Source: an uncultured Planctomycetaceae bacterium (GTDB taxonomy: Bacteria; Planctomycetota; Planctomycetia; Planctomycetales; Planctomycetaceae). From it: a DNA stretch of 64,000 nucleotides. The stretch is from positions 576,001 to 640,000 of the forward strand of contig CAWFAK010000017.1 of assembly GCA_963813715.1 (NCBI GenBank). The letters run 5' to 3'. The position numbers and the translations under genes were made by a program. The notes under the pieces were generated by a model. That model did no database searches, was not told the DNA's origin, and saw only the letters and a list, made by a program, of their open reading frames with translations. Numbering within the stretch: position 1 is the first letter of the stretch; each line of letters begins with the position of its first letter. This document shows, one piece after another, positions 42,491 through 54,600 of this stretch.

Positions 42491-43172
42491 CACGACAAAT
42501 GTTGCCGGCGGAAATGTCGCCGGTGGAGCAATCGCGATGACCATCGGCGGGGCGGGCATGACGCCAGCCGCACAAAAGCGCGACTATGCGGCGTTCGGCT
42601 CCTGCCTGATGGCGGCGATTGCCGGCTGCATCGTCGCCGGTGGAGTGATCACCAATTGGCACGCCGAGTACAAACTTGCCGGACTGGAGTGGCTGCTGCT
42701 CGGGCCGATGGCTCTCGTCATCAACGCATTTGGAATCGGTCTCGCAGCCACCGCGCTCAGCCGGCGAAGCGATCGGGGATGGGCGGTGACCGGGCTGGTC
42801 ACGAACTCCCCGCTGCCCATCCTTGTGATTGCAATGTTCTTCGTTGCGTTGACTCACGGGCGCATAGCAACGCGATCGGCGCCAAAAATCCGCGTGTGCC
42901 TGGGCGGCCGGGGCGCTCCGCCTTGCGGAAGTCCCGGATTTGCGCGAGAAATCTTGGGACGTGGTCTGTCAGGCTGCAAAACGGGGGCTTCCGCTGTCGC
43001 GGAGCGCCCCCGCCACCCGGCCGGCATCGAGGTCCGCTGCTTCCCTCGAAGAGAATCAGGCGTACTCGTGGCCCAATCGGGGGCCCGTCGCCAGATGATC
43101 GGCCTTGAGAATTGGTCCGCGGTCGTTCACGACCTCCGTTTGGCCGCACACGAAGAGTTCAGGGTCGGCTAG
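42477..43172 (+). CDS. Hypothetical membrane protein (3 TM); the true 3' end is probably near 42900
   Basis: GGAGG RBS and hydrophobic helices; the distal part reads through a repeat element. Confidence 0.5.
   Translation: MTGIDTTNVAGGNVAGGAIAMTIGGAGMTPAAQKRDYAAFGSCLMAAIAGCIVAGGVITNWHAEYKLAGLEWLLLGPMALVINAFGIGLAATALSRRSDRGWAVTGLVTNSPLPILVIAMFFVALTHGRIATRSAPKIRVCLGGRGAPPCGSPGFAREILGRGLSGCKTGASAVAERPRHPAGIEVRCFPRRESGVLVAQSGARRQMIGLENWSAVVHDLRLAAHEEFRVG
42902..43018. repeat. REPIN/MITE-like ~117-bp inverted-repeat element between convergent genes
   Basis: GGGCGGCCGGGGCGCTCCGC...GCGGAAGTCCCG pairs imperfectly with CGGGGGCTTCCGC...GCGGAGCGCCCCCGCCACCC. Confidence 0.6.
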
Positions 43173-43805
43173 GCGTCGTGGGGACTGAAACAGAGATGTC
43201 GGGAGCCGCTCGCTGCGCGGTTGCTGATCTCGCATATGACAAGCGACGCACGAAAGGATCACCGCTCGCGCACTTTCGCCGGGAGCTTTCGTCGCCTTTT
43301 GTGGAGTGGCGTTTCTCGTGCACACGCCGGCTGGAATCGCGCCCGCTGGAATCACGCTGGGCACAAGCGATGGTTGGCGAGCAACGTCGGATTTCCCCGA
43401 CCATAGCCCGCTGCACAAGACAGCCAGTCCTCCGAACGCGGCACAGAGGACGCCCTGGAGGACTCTCGCACTGAATCGGTTTCTCGGCAACCGAATGGTC
43501 GGGCGACTGCCGCTGGGCGCGCTCAGGGACGCCAATCGAGCAGCCGCTGCCTCCGCCACGCCGATCGCCTCGACGCTGAGAAACGCCTTCCGCGGGGCAA
43601 CGGCGTCCTTTTCTCGACCTTCGTGCGGGAGTGCGGCTGACGTCGCCGGCTCGGCGGGCAGATCTCCACATAACAAGGAGAGGGCCGGCTCGAGCACCTG
43701 TTTCAGCACTCGACAGCGGGGACATTTTGCGAGATGTTCCGTGAGTTCGGCTGCGTTGGCCGACACGGGATCGGTCAGCGCGTCGAAGGCATCGTCACAG
43801 TTCAT
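43056..43805 (-). CDS. Putative membrane anti-sigma factor: zinc-binding (ZAS) N-terminus, one TM helix and a C-terminal CxxCH motif
   Basis: MNC...HLAKCPRC (HxxxCxxC), TM VLQGVLCAAFGGLAVLCSGLW and SCVACH; overlaps the stop of the ECF sigma gene. Confidence 0.75.
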   Translation of the reverse strand: MNCDDAFDALTDPVSANAAELTEHLAKCPRCRVLKQVLEPALSLLCGDLPAEPATSAALPHEGREKDAVAPRKAFLSVEAIGVAEAAAARLASLSAPSGSRPTIRLPRNRFSARVLQGVLCAAFGGLAVLCSGLWSGKSDVARQPSLVPSVIPAGAIPAGVCTRNATPQKATKAPGESARAVILSCVACHMRDQQPRSERLPTSLFQSPRRLADPELFVCGQTEVVNDRGPILKADHLATGPRLGHEYA

Positions 43806-44377
43806 TGGAGATCTCCCCGTCTCCGAGCAGCCGCTCGGACAATTTGCGGAGCCCGCTACGCACCCGTAGCTTCGCGCCGCCCAAGCTCACACCCATGGAC
43901 TGGGCAATTTCTTCGTATTTGAGGCCGCCGAAAAAGCGGAGACGAATCGCGTCCGCTTGAGCGTCGGGCAATTCGTTCAGCAACCCCTGCAACTGAGCGC
44001 CGCGTTCACGGATCAGCAGGGCCGCTAATGCTGTTTCAGACGTCGCCGGATCGGTGATGTTCGCCCGCTCGCCGGCGCTGAGTGCCGACTGGGACACGAC
44101 CTGCGGTCGGCGCGCAGGCGTTTTCGCTGCCGATGACAAAGATTCAGCAGAATCGTCCAGAGCCACGTCCGAAAATGAAACGACGGATTAAACGTATGGC
44201 GAGACGCAAAAACGGCCAGAAACGTCTCTTGAACGACGTCTTCGGCCAGTGCCGCATCGTCGAGCATGCCGCCGGCAACCCGTAGAGCGCGGGCCTGTAG
44301 CGTTCGACGAGAATCTCGAAGAAGGAGAATTCCCCCTCCTGGATTCGTCGCATGAGCTCGCCGTCATCCCACTGCAT
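43795..44377 (-). CDS. ECF RNA polymerase sigma-70 factor; frameshifts near 44280 and 44130
   Basis: DGELMRRIQEG...FEILVERY; AEDVVQETFLAVF...FRTWLWTILLNLC; LPDAQADAIRLRFFGGLKYEEIAQSMGVSLGGAKLRVRSGL, spread over three frames. Confidence 0.9.
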
Positions 44378-44390
44378 CGAGTCTCAATTC

Positions 44391-44434
44391 TTCCCCCTTC
44401 TCCCCTCGCGGGAGAGGGGCCGGGGGTGAAGGGC
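44391..44434. repeat. REP-like element, same family as 22265-22306
   Basis: CCCCTTCTCCCCTCGCGGGAGAGGGGCCGGGGGTGAAGGG. Confidence 0.6.
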
Positions 44435-44589
44435 GGTGGCCGTCGCCAAAGGGACAATTGGACCCGGTTAGTCGGTGAGGTCGTCTCCGGCGTCCTGTGA
44501 TTATCGATCCGGCGGTGGGAAAAAGAAACTCGATCGGGACCGCCGGGATTGCGGACGTTTTTCATCCGGCCCCGGCGGCCCAACTCCGG

Positions 44590-45360
44590 GTGCCGGGGAT
44601 CTGTTTCTCCCTTATGTGAAAACGGATCCCCATCCCCGGCGGGGATCCAATTTTGATCCCCGGCGGGGATCTCACCCCCGGCGGCCAGCTAGTGTCCGAC
44701 CCGCTCGGACACCGGAAACGTCGTGTCCCGTCCCAATCCAATCCCGTCCCAGTCGGTCCCGTCCCGTTCCAGGCAAACGGACGATTGAAGTCGGGGACGA
44801 ATTTGTCGAGATCCGCTCGATAAAACAACGTGTCCCGTCCCAGTCACGAGTCCCATGCCGCCCTGTCGAGTTTGCAGTCCGGCCTCGAGAGTTCTCCCAA
44901 TCCCGTCCCCGTTGTCCCGTTCCGTGTCCGGTCCCCGCCAAACGGAGTCCAGACCGGCCTTGCCGTCGCCGGTCGGATGGATTTTGTCGGGATTCACTCG
45001 ATAAAACAGCGTGTCCCGTCCCAACCTCGATGACCCGTCCCAGCTTGGTGGGGATCTGCGACCCCCTTATGTGAAAACGGATCCCCACCACCAGCAGATC
45101 CCTCTTCGTCCCGGCTCGCCTCCCGCGCACCCCAGCCATTCCGTCCCGTCCAATCCCGTTCCGTCGGTGTCCCGTCCCATCAATAAGGAGTGTCCGGACC
45201 GGACCTGGCCCCACCGAATCCCGTCCCGCCTTTTCGACCTTGGACATTGGACTTCGGACCTTGGACTGCGCGTGTCCCGTCCCGTCCGCCCCGACTGCGG
45301 TCCGAGGGTGGGTCACAGATTTCGTGGGTCATCTTCTGTAAAAGAATTCGTGACCCAACC
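44590..45360. repeat. Non-coding composite repeat island (GTCCC-rich motifs, duplicated hairpins, heptamer tandem)
   Basis: 24-bp exact repeat at 44609-44632 and 45064-45087; 42-bp repeat (37/42 identical) at 44801-44842 and 44982-45023; five GTGTCCCGTCCC copies; two ATCCCCGGCGGGGAT palindromes; TGGACNT-like heptamers at 45234-45268. Confidence 0.8.
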
Positions 45361-45560
45361 CCCCGTGTTTTCCCCTAGCCCGTCGCCTGCATCCAATTGG
45401 CTTGACCGCCGCGCGCAAAAGTCCGCACGCTCCAGTAAGCCACAGAAACCCGATTCGTCCAAGCCCAGTTTTCTGGGAATCCGCGATTGACGCCGTCGGC
45501 CGACTGCGGGTCCTTGGACGCATTACTCGGGACACGCGCCGATGAAGATCCGAGCCGGGC

Positions 45561-47416
45561 TCAGATCATGTAATACCAGCCCTCTTTGCCCTCCAGGCTT
45601 TCGGCATAGCGGGGGCAGATGGCGCAGACGTCGCCTTTGAGTTGTTCGTAGGCCACGCGGATCGCCTCGAGCGTGCTTGACCAGATGGCGCCAGTCTCCT
45701 GGAAGACGAACACCTTGTCTTCTCCCAGGCGGCGGGCGAGGCCGCTGGATTCGATGATTCGCATGAAGTCGGGACGCACGCCGCAGAGCAAGACGGTGGC
45801 TCCCAGCTTATCCATGCGGTCGATGAAGCGTTCGAGCACGGCCAGGCAGACGGGATCCGGATTGCGCCGCGTTTCACGCGGAGAACGACGACGCGAATGC
45901 CCTCTCGGGCCAAGCCGCAGATGTGGTCGAAGTGTTCTTCCAGCTCGGGGGCCGCGCCGAAGAAGAATTCGCCCTCGAGACTGAAGATGCGGATGCGGCC
46001 GCAGGGGGGATCGGAGGAAATGCGTTCGCGGACGACCCGCTCGGGGGCCAGCACCAGCTCGGTCATGTGAATGCGGGCGGCCCGCGGCACGTAGAACAAG
46101 AACGATAAAAAGACGCCGATCAGGATGCAGAATTCGACCGAGATGGCCACCGCCGAGATGGCCGTCAGCCCGACAATCCAGGCATCCGAGCGGGACGTTG
46201 TTAGGTGATAGCGGAGCTGCGTTCGGTCGACGAGCCGCCAGGCCGCCAGCATCAGGATGCCGGCCAGTCCCGAGCGCGGAATGTAATACGCGAAGCGAGC
46301 GAACAAGAGCACCGTGAGCGCCACGGTCGCCGCGCAGATCACGCCCGACCATTGCGTTTGGGCGCCGGCTTGCTGGTTGATCGTCGAGCGAGTGAGCGAG
46401 CCGGAGCCAGGATAGCATTGAAAGAAGCTGCCGGTCAGGTTTGCGAGCCCCTCGCTCAGGCATTGCTGATTGATGTCGAGCTTCTGACCGGTCTGCGCGG
46501 CGATGGCCTTGGCCATGGCGATCGCCTCGAGCAATCCCAAGAGCGCGATGGCCAGGCTGCTACCCGACAAGGCCCGCACGTGGCCCCAATCGAGCTTGGG
46601 CATTTTAAAGGAGGGCAGCTCGGCCGGGATCGTTTTCACGACAGCAACTCCCTGCGCATCGAGCCCAAACGCCCAGACCACGGCCGCCATGCTCATGATG
46701 GCGATCAACAGCGCGGGCAGCGGGAACCGCAGGTGCCGATTGAAGTAGCTCAGCCCCAGCGCAATGACGATCGTGCCGAGGCCGACCAGGAGCGTCGGCC
46801 AATTTGTCTGGGCGATGTGAGAGATGGTGAGCCAAAAGCGAGTGAGAAATGCTTCCTCGCCGGTGCCGGCTGAGGGCAGACCGAGCAGATTTTTGACCTG
46901 GTCGAGCACGATGAGAATGCCGGCCCCCAACGTGAAGCCGACGATCACCGCGTGCGAGATGTAGCGGTTCAGGTCGCCCAGTCGCAGCAACGTGATCAGC
47001 GCCTGGACGGCGCCGACCAGAAACGCGAGCAAGATCGCCAATTGCGGGCGATCCGCATCGGGAAAGGCGACGAGGGCGCTCAGGACGGCGATGGAAATTG
47101 CGTTCGTCGGCCCATTGATCAGCTGTTTCGAAGAGTCGAAGAGTGCCCCGACCGCCGTCATCACGATGGCCGTATACAGGCCGTAATAAGCCGGCAGTCC
47201 GGCCACCTGGGCGTAGGCCATCGCCTGCGGGACGGCCACCGTGGCGACGGTCACGCCGGCCATCGCGTCGAGGCCGAAGGAGCGCCGTGAATAAGTCCGC
47301 AACGAGTCGAAGGCGGGAACAATTCGGAAAAAGGTTTCCCGCCAGTTGTCGCCCGCCGGTCCGTTGCCGGCGCTCTGTTCTCCCGTTGATGGATTGGCCG
47401 TCAGGACGCGAGGCAT
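45561..47416 (-). CDS. SulP family inorganic anion transporter with a STAS domain; frameshift near 45870
   Basis: DAMAGVTVATVAVPQAMAYA, GPTNA, GSGSLTRS and LEGEFFFGAA; the STAS C-terminus is in ORF 45561..46463. Confidence 0.93.
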
Positions 47417-47549
47417 TCACCCAAACCTGGCTGTGGCAAGCGAAACGGAACTTTGAGCGAAAATGGAAAATTGTGCGGTAAGAGTCAGACGGATCATAAC
47501 GGGAACGCACCCCCGACGCAGGCGATGCGGGGCAGATCGTTCGCAGGCG

Positions 47550-48943
47550 CTAGACGTCGAACGACTGGTTGGCGACGGGGATCACGGGGTCTTCGTCGCA
47601 CAGGTCGTGCAGGATGCCGGCCAGCGATTGGGCGGCCGCGCGCTCGCCATGGACGAGGAACGCCCGGCCGATGTGCGACTCGGCCGACATCTGCGAGAAG
47701 TACCACTTGAAGTCTTCTGCGTCGGCGTGGGCCGACAGGCCGTCGAGCTTTTCGACACGCGCCCGCAAATGGTACGAGCGGTCGAGGATTGTCACAACGG
47801 GTTGTCGCTCGGCGATGCGGCGGCCCAGCGTGTGCTCCGCCTGAAAGCCAATCAGGGCGATCGTGTTGCGAGGGTCTTCAATGGCGTGCTTGAGATGATG
47901 GCGGACGCGGCCGCTCTCGCACATTCCGCTCGCGGCAATCACCACGTACGGGCCGGTCCGCCGATTGAGCTGCATGCTTTCTTGTGGCGACTGAATGTAA
48001 GTCAGCATCGGGAAGTCGAACAGCTCGCGGTCGCTACGGAGCACGCGGAGGGCTGCCGCGTCGAGCAGCTCGTGGTGGCGTTCGTAGATCTCCGTCACGC
48101 GGTTGGCGAGCGGACTGTCGACGAAAACGGGAATCCGCGGCAGCCGTCCGGCCTGGGCCAGCTCGCGCAGAAAATAGATGACCTGCTGCGTGCGACCCAG
48201 GCTGAATGCCGGAATGACCACGCGGCCTTCGTCCGCTTCGGCCCGCTGGATGATGGCAAGCAAGCGATCTTTCAGGGTATCGGCACGAGCGTGGACGGAA
48301 CCGCCATACGTCGATTCGGTGATCAACACGTCGCATCCGCCAACCGGCTGCGGATCGCGCAAGAGCGGCAGCCCGCGACGTCCCAGGTCGCCCGTGAAGA
48401 CGATGCGGCGCACTTCCCCACCGTCGTCGAGGTCCAGCTCCGTCACGGCCGAGCCGAGAATGTGGCCCGCTTCGGAGAACCGCAGCCGCAGCGCGGGGGA
48501 CAGTTCGTGCCATTCGGCGTAGTCGAGCGGCTCGAACAGCTTGATCGCGCCTTGGACTTCTTGTTCGCCGTAGAGCGGCTCGATTTCCGGAGTGTCCGGC
48601 GGCCGGTGGGCGTTGAGATAGCGCGCATCCTCGCGCTGAATGTGCAAACTGTCCTTGAGCATGACGGCGGCCAGGTCGGCCGTCGCCGGCGTGCAGAAAA
48701 TCGGTCCGCGATAGCCGGCGCGAAAGAGGCCGGGAAGGTTGCCGCAATGATCGATGTGGGCGTGCGACAGAATCACGCCGTCGAGCGATTTGGGCTGGCA
48801 GCGAAGCTGGCTGTTTTTGGCGCGGCTCTCCGCGCGCGTCCCTGAAACAGTCCGCAGTCGAGCAGCAGGCGCAGCGTGTCGGTTTCGATCAGGTGCTGGC
48901 TGCCCGTCACTTCGCCGGCCGCGCCGTAAAACGTGATTTTCAA
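47550..48943 (-). CDS. MBL-fold beta-CASP hydrolase (RNA-processing nuclease family); frameshift in the 5' part
   Basis: Hand-read N-terminus [16 protein letters not shown]...[37 protein letters not shown] and LSAHAD. Confidence 0.92.
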
Positions 48944-48991
48944 AGCGTGGGCTTTCTGCTCGTGGGCTGCTACCGGCGCCCGGGCGACAAA

Positions 48992-49697
48992 TTATTTCGA
49001 GCGGGGCGCGGCGGCGGGGACCGACGGTGCGGGCGTCGCACCAGCCGGCGCAGGAGCGGGCGTCGCGGCGGTAGCCGCAGGTGTGGGTCCAGTTGGCTGC
49101 AGCGAGTGGACCACCAGCATGCCGGCTCCGGTCACGAGCGACACGTCGGCAAAATTAAAGACGGGCCAATGAAACGCCCCGAACGTGAAGAGCAGGAAGT
49201 CGCGGACGGCCAACACCGTGCCGCCGTTCTCGTCGATGCATTGCGGCAGCCCGATGCGGTCGTAAAGATTGCCGAGCGTCCCCCCCAGAATGAGCGAGAG
49301 CGCGACGGTCAGCCACCAGCTGCGCGGCTCGAAAGCCGAAAAGCCACGTCGGAATGCCGACGACGGCCGCTCCGCTCAGCGCGGCGAAGAGCCAGGTGTA
49401 GCCTTGCCCGACGCCCCAGAGCGCGCCGCGGTTGAAACTGGTGAACAGGCGAAACGTGACCCAGCCGTTGAGATAGGCGACGCTGCTGCCGCTGCTCTCC
49501 GGCGGAGCGGCGAAGACGGCGTGCTGGCCGCGGACGACCGGTTCCCTGTCGGTGCCGGGATAGCCCAGGTCGCGGAAGACGAGCGACTTGCTTGCCAGGT
49601 CGCCGGCGAGGACGATCGCGGCCACCACGAAGAACACGACGGCCCGATTGACGGGAACGCCGTTCAAGGAGAAAGATTCTCCCGCTTTCGCTCGCAT
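48992..49697 (-). CDS. lspA: Lipoprotein signal peptidase II; frameshift near 49330
   Basis: DLASK, FNRGALWG, GGTLGNLYDR (hand read), VRDFL and WPVFNFAD. Confidence 0.9.
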
Positions 49698-50059
49698 TCG
49701 ACGCAATTCTTTGCGTACGGGATGGCTTTGAGCCGCAGCTTGGGAATCAGAGACTTGGCGGGCGTCTTGCCATCTTCCTGGCACGACAAGCAAGCGCCGA
49801 ACGTTCCCGCGTCGATCCGCTTCAGGGCCGCGTCGATCTCGGAGAGTACATCCTGGTCGCTTTCGGCCACGCGCAGGGAAAAGTCCTGCTCGAAGGTTTG
49901 TGTGCCCAGTTCGGCAATATGCGTGGGACTTTTCGAGTCGCCGCCGCCGTCATTGCGGTCGAGGGCCTCGCGCGTGAGCTGTTGGACGTCGCCGCGGATA
50001 CGAGCCTGGAGCGAAAGCAAGGCGCTCCTGAATTCGCTCAGCTCTGCCTTTTTGAACAT
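49664..50059 (-). CDS. TraR/DksA C4-type zinc-finger protein
   Basis: HIAELGTQTFEQ, EIDAALKRIDAGTFGACLSC...IPKLRLKAIPYAKNCVEC; upstream of lspA. Confidence 0.9.
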   Translation of the reverse strand: MFKKAELSEFRSALLSLQARIRGDVQQLTREALDRNDGGGDSKSPTHIAELGTQTFEQDFSLRVAESDQDVLSEIDAALKRIDAGTFGACLSCQEDGKTPAKSLIPKLRLKAIPYAKNCVECERKRENLSP

Positions 50060-50834
50060 AGATTTCGGTTCCGCTCGCCGTCGGTACGCCGCAAAAAGCA
50101 CTTCATTATGGACGCCGCCTCCGAGTGGGTCAAGGTGCGCCGCCGCGAGTGCGAAACGGTTCTTAAGCAGGTGCCGATCAGGTCGAAGCGCGTACAAGGC
50201 AATAGGTTGCCGCACGGCATGACAGGCAGAATAGTGCCAGAGCTGTTTGGCTCGCGGGCGACAACTGGGGAGGGCATTCGGTCGGCCTGGGCACGCCTTC
50301 AATTGGCGAAGCACCGGATTACCGGCCAGCGTGCGGAGACGAGAGAGACTGAGAGCACGCCAAAGGCGCCGGTGCCACTCTACCGCGCCCGGCCTGCCGT
50401 CGCCAAAAAAATCGGGCGGCCAGGGCCGGCAGCTTTCGTGCCGGCCCGGCCGCCGATGTCTGCGACATCACCCACGCATGACGTCGCAGATGTCACAAGT
50501 GTGAAGACTCCCAGTTCTGCTAGGCTCCTTTGGCAAATCACGTGCCCGATTGAAAGATGCGTGGAATGTCGCGATCTCTCGCGTTTTTTGCGATCCCGAC
50601 ACGGCGGTCTCGGAAGTGAGCGGTTCCGGAAAAACCGATGTGCGTGCCGATCGGCCAACCGACTCTTGGACGCTCGCGACCCACGAGAACGAAAAGACAG
50701 CGAGGAGAATTCCTAAAAGCGGGAAACAGGGCTCGCGTCAGGCTCGATCGCCGCGCATTTACGCTCGTCGCGTTTCCCGCTCGCCGCTCGATAAGGATGT
50801 TCGGCTTCGCGGCCCGCGCGTTGATGGAAGCCGG

Positions 50835-50850
50835 CGGTATTGAGATTGCT
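50835..50850 (+). promoter_or_regulatory. Putative sigma-54 promoter for the act-cox operon
   Basis: CGGTATTGAGATTGCT with the same spacing as, and similar sequence to, the 2413 site; about 175 bp upstream of actA. Confidence 0.5.
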
Positions 50851-51024
50851 CCACCGGCGGCATTTCACAACGCAACTCGCCCGCGGCCGGTCGACTTTCG
50901 CATTCTTCGTGTTTTTTCGGCGGCCGTGTGCCTCGTGCGACTTGAAAGTTGCGGGCGAGAGGATTCTATTCCTGTAAACCGAGCTCGATCGTTCAGGGAG
51001 TGAAAGCGATCTGGGAGCCCGTTC

Positions 51025-51682
51025 GTGCCGCAAGTCTTCCCGCGCGATGAATATTCTCTCGAGAGCGTCGCTCTTCGGGAGCCTGCTGGTCGCGGCACTC
51101 GTCTTGTGGATCTGCCTGGTCTACACGCGTTCTCCCTACGGCACTGCTGCCGGCGTCATGCGCGTGCAGCAAGTCCCCTTCAGCCATCAGCACCACGTCG
51201 GCGTGCTGGGGATCGACTGTCGCTACTGCCACACGACGGTCGAGCATTCGTCCTTCGCCGGACTGCCGCCGACGAAGACCTGTATGAACTGCCACTCGCA
51301 AATCTGGGTCGGCAGCGAAGTGCTCCAGCCCGTCCGCGAGAGCTACCAGACGAATAAGCCGCTCAACTGGGATCGGGTCTACAACCTGCCCGGGTTCGTC
51401 TATTTCGATCACAGCATTCACGTGAACAAAGGCATCGGCTGCGCGTCGTGCCATGGGCGGATCGATGAAATGCCGTTCACCTATCAGGCCAAGTCGCTGT
51501 TGATGGAGTGGTGCCTCGACTGCCACCGGCATCCGGAGCGCGAGATTCGGCCGCGGGAGGAGGTCTTCAATATGAAGTACAAGCAGCCGGCCGATCAGAT
51601 CGAGCTGGGCCACCGGCTGGTGAAGAAATACGGCATCGCCAACGAGACCAAGCTGACTAGCTGCAGCGTGTGTCACCGATGA
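51025..51682 (+). CDS. actA: Alternative complex III pentaheme cytochrome c subunit; frameshift near 51045
   Basis: MPQVFPR start, N-terminal TM helix and five CxxCH motifs (CRYCH, CMNCH, CASCH, CLDCH, CSVCH). Confidence 0.93.
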
Positions 51683-54600
51683 GCAACCGCAAGGATCTCG
51701 CATCCGAACTGGCGGAACTGGAACGGTCGCTCGGCGGCACGTCCGGCCGGCGCGTACTGGCGCAGTCTCGACGAGCTCGCGGGCACGCCCGCTTTTCAGA
51801 AACTGATGCGTCGCGAGTTCCCAAGCCAGGCCGATATTTGGCCCGATTCGCTCAGCCGCCGCCACTTCTTGTCGCTGATGGGGGCGTCGCTGGCGCTGGC
51901 AGGATTGTCCGGCTGCTCGGTCAAGCCGGCGCCGATGGGGAAGATTGTTCCCTATGTCACGCCGCCGCACGAAATCGTCCCGGGCGAGCCGCTCTTTTAT
52001 GCGACCGCCCAACCGCTGCCCGGCGGCGCCGTTGGTCTCTTGGTCGAAAGTCACATGGGACGCCCGACGAAGATCGAGGGCAACCCGGATCACCCGGCCA
52101 GCGGCGGCGCGACGAGCCTCTATCACCAGGCGTCGATCCTCACGCTGTACGATCCCGATCGCTCGCAGACCGTCACCTATCTCGGCCGCACGCGAGCCTG
52201 GACGGAGGCGGCCGCCGCACTCCGCGCGGCGCTGGCGAACGAGCGTAAAAACGGCGGGGCCGCTGTGCGGATACTGAGTGAGCCGATCCTTTCGCCCTCG
52301 CTCGCGGCGCAGCGCGAGCGGCTCTTGAAGTCGCTTCCCAAAGCGAAGTGGCACGTCTACGAACCGCTGCCGCAAGACTCGCGGCTGGAGGCGATTCGCC
52401 TCGCCTTCGGCCAGGATCTCGATTGCCATTACGGCTTTAAGCAGGCCGACGTGGTGCTTTCGCTCGACGCCGACTTCCTGGGGAGCGAGCCGGGCAACCT
52501 CCGCGGAATCGCCGACTTCATGTCGCGGCGGCGGATCCGGACGACGGCGGCCGACGCGGAAAAAGCGTCGATGAATCGCCTCTATTGCATCGAGACCGAA
52601 GTTACTTGCACGGGTGCGAAGGCCGACCACCGCCTCGCCGTCCGCGTGCAGGACGTCGAAGGATTGGCCCGTGCCCTGGCGGCGAAGCTGGGCGCGCTCG
52701 GCGGCGAACAGTCGCAGCGTCCGCCGCGGCCGAAACGGCCGGCACCCACGACAAATGGATCACGGCCGTCGCCAAGGATCTGTCAGCCCATCACGGCCGC
52801 GCGGTGGTGGTCGCCGGCAAGCGGCAGCCGGCTGCCGTGCACCTGCTGGCGATCGCCATCAACCAGAAGCTGGGTGGCGTCGGGCAGACGGTCTTTTACA
52901 CGCGGCCGGTCACCGAGGGGCCCACCGCGCGGATCGACTCGCTGCGCGAGCTGGCCGACGACATGCGGCAGGATCGCGTGCGGCTGCTCTTGGTGCTCGA
53001 CGCCAATCCCGTCTACTCGGCACCCGTCGACTTCAAATTCACCGAGGCCTTGGAACACGTTCCGCTGCGTGTCCACTTCGGACTCTTCCAGGACGAAACG
53101 GCGCGGCGCTGCCACTGGCACCTTAACCAGGCTCACTTTCTGGAAACGTGGGGCGATGCCTGGGCGTTCGATGGCACGGCCTCCATCATGCAGCCGTTGA
53201 TCGAGCCCCTCTATCGCGGGCGCTCGGCCGTCGAATTGGTGGCTTTCCTGGCAACGCTTGCACGAAACGCCGGGCGAGGAACTGGTCCGCGGCCGCTGGC
53301 GCGATTATTGGAACACGCAAACGCGCGGTCCCAAATCGGACGAAGCCTTCGACCAGTTCTGGAAGAGTGCCCTGCACAATGGCACGGTCGCTGGCACCGG
53401 TTTCCCGATCAAGACGGTGTCGCTCGCCGACAACTGGCAGCGCCATTTAGGGTCGCCTGAGGCCAACGCAGGAAGCGGCGCCTCGAGCGCGCCTGCGGGC
53501 GGGGGATCGAATCAAACCGGCGAGTCTTTCGAGCTGGCTTTCGCTCCCGACCCGACCGTCTTGGACGGGTCGTTTGCCAACAACGGCTGGCTGCAAGAAT
53601 GCCCGAAGCCGAGCAGCACCCTGACCTGGGACAACGCGGCCTTAATGAGTCCCGCGACGGCGCGGCACTTGGGCGTCGAATACGGCGAATATGCTCACGG
53701 CGGCGAGCACGGCGGCTTTAAGATGCCCGTCGTCGAGCTGACTTTCGACGGACGCAGTGTCGAGGCTCCCGCTTGGATCGTGCCGGGCCACGCGGACGGC
53801 TCCATCACGATTCATTTCGGCTACGGCCGCGAGTTTGCGGGCCGGGTCGGGGGCCAGGCGGAGCAGCGCGTGGGCTTCAACGCCTACGCGCTCCGGACGG
53901 CTGCACAGCCTTGGTTCGTTCCGAGCGTCCGCGTGACCAAGACCGATCGGACGCATCTCCTGGCGTGCACCCAAGAGCACCACTTGATGGAGAACCGTGA
54001 TCTGGTCCGCTCCGCCACGCTGGAGGAATTCAAGCAGAAGCCCGACTTCGCGGCCGAGCCTGAGAAGAAAAAGGAAGCCGAGGAAACGCACCGCGCGACG
54101 CCGCCCTTGGAGTTCTATCCGCCCCTCGAGCAGGCGGCGGCAACTCCGAAATGGGGCATGGTGATCGATCTGACGACGTGCGTCGGCTGCAAGGCGTGCG
54201 TCGTCGCCTGTCAGGCGGAAAACAACATCCCCGTCGTCGGCAAGGAGCAAGTGGCAGCCGGCCGCGAGATGCATTGGCTGCGGATCGATCGGTACGTCAG
54301 CGGAACGGCCGACGAGCCGCAGGAATTTCATTTCCAGCCGGTTCCCTGCATGCACTGCGAGAAGGCCCCCTGCGAATACGTTTGCCCCGTCGAAGCCACC
54401 GTCCACAGTGCCGAGGGGCTCAACGACATGGTCTACAACCGCTGCGTCGGCACGCGGTTTTGCTCCAACAACTGTTCGTACAAAGTCCGCCGGTTTAACT
54501 TCTTCCACTACGCCGACTTCGAGACGCCCAGTCTCCGCCTGCAATACAACCCCGACGTCACCGTTCGTTCGCGCGGCGTGATGGAGAAGTGCTCGTACTG

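Noticed and set aside
44475..45490. CRISPR array or protein-coding genes in the repeat island
   Set aside because: No constant repeat with regular unique spacers and no cas genes; the ORFs are Pro/Arg/Gly low-complexity translations of the repeats.
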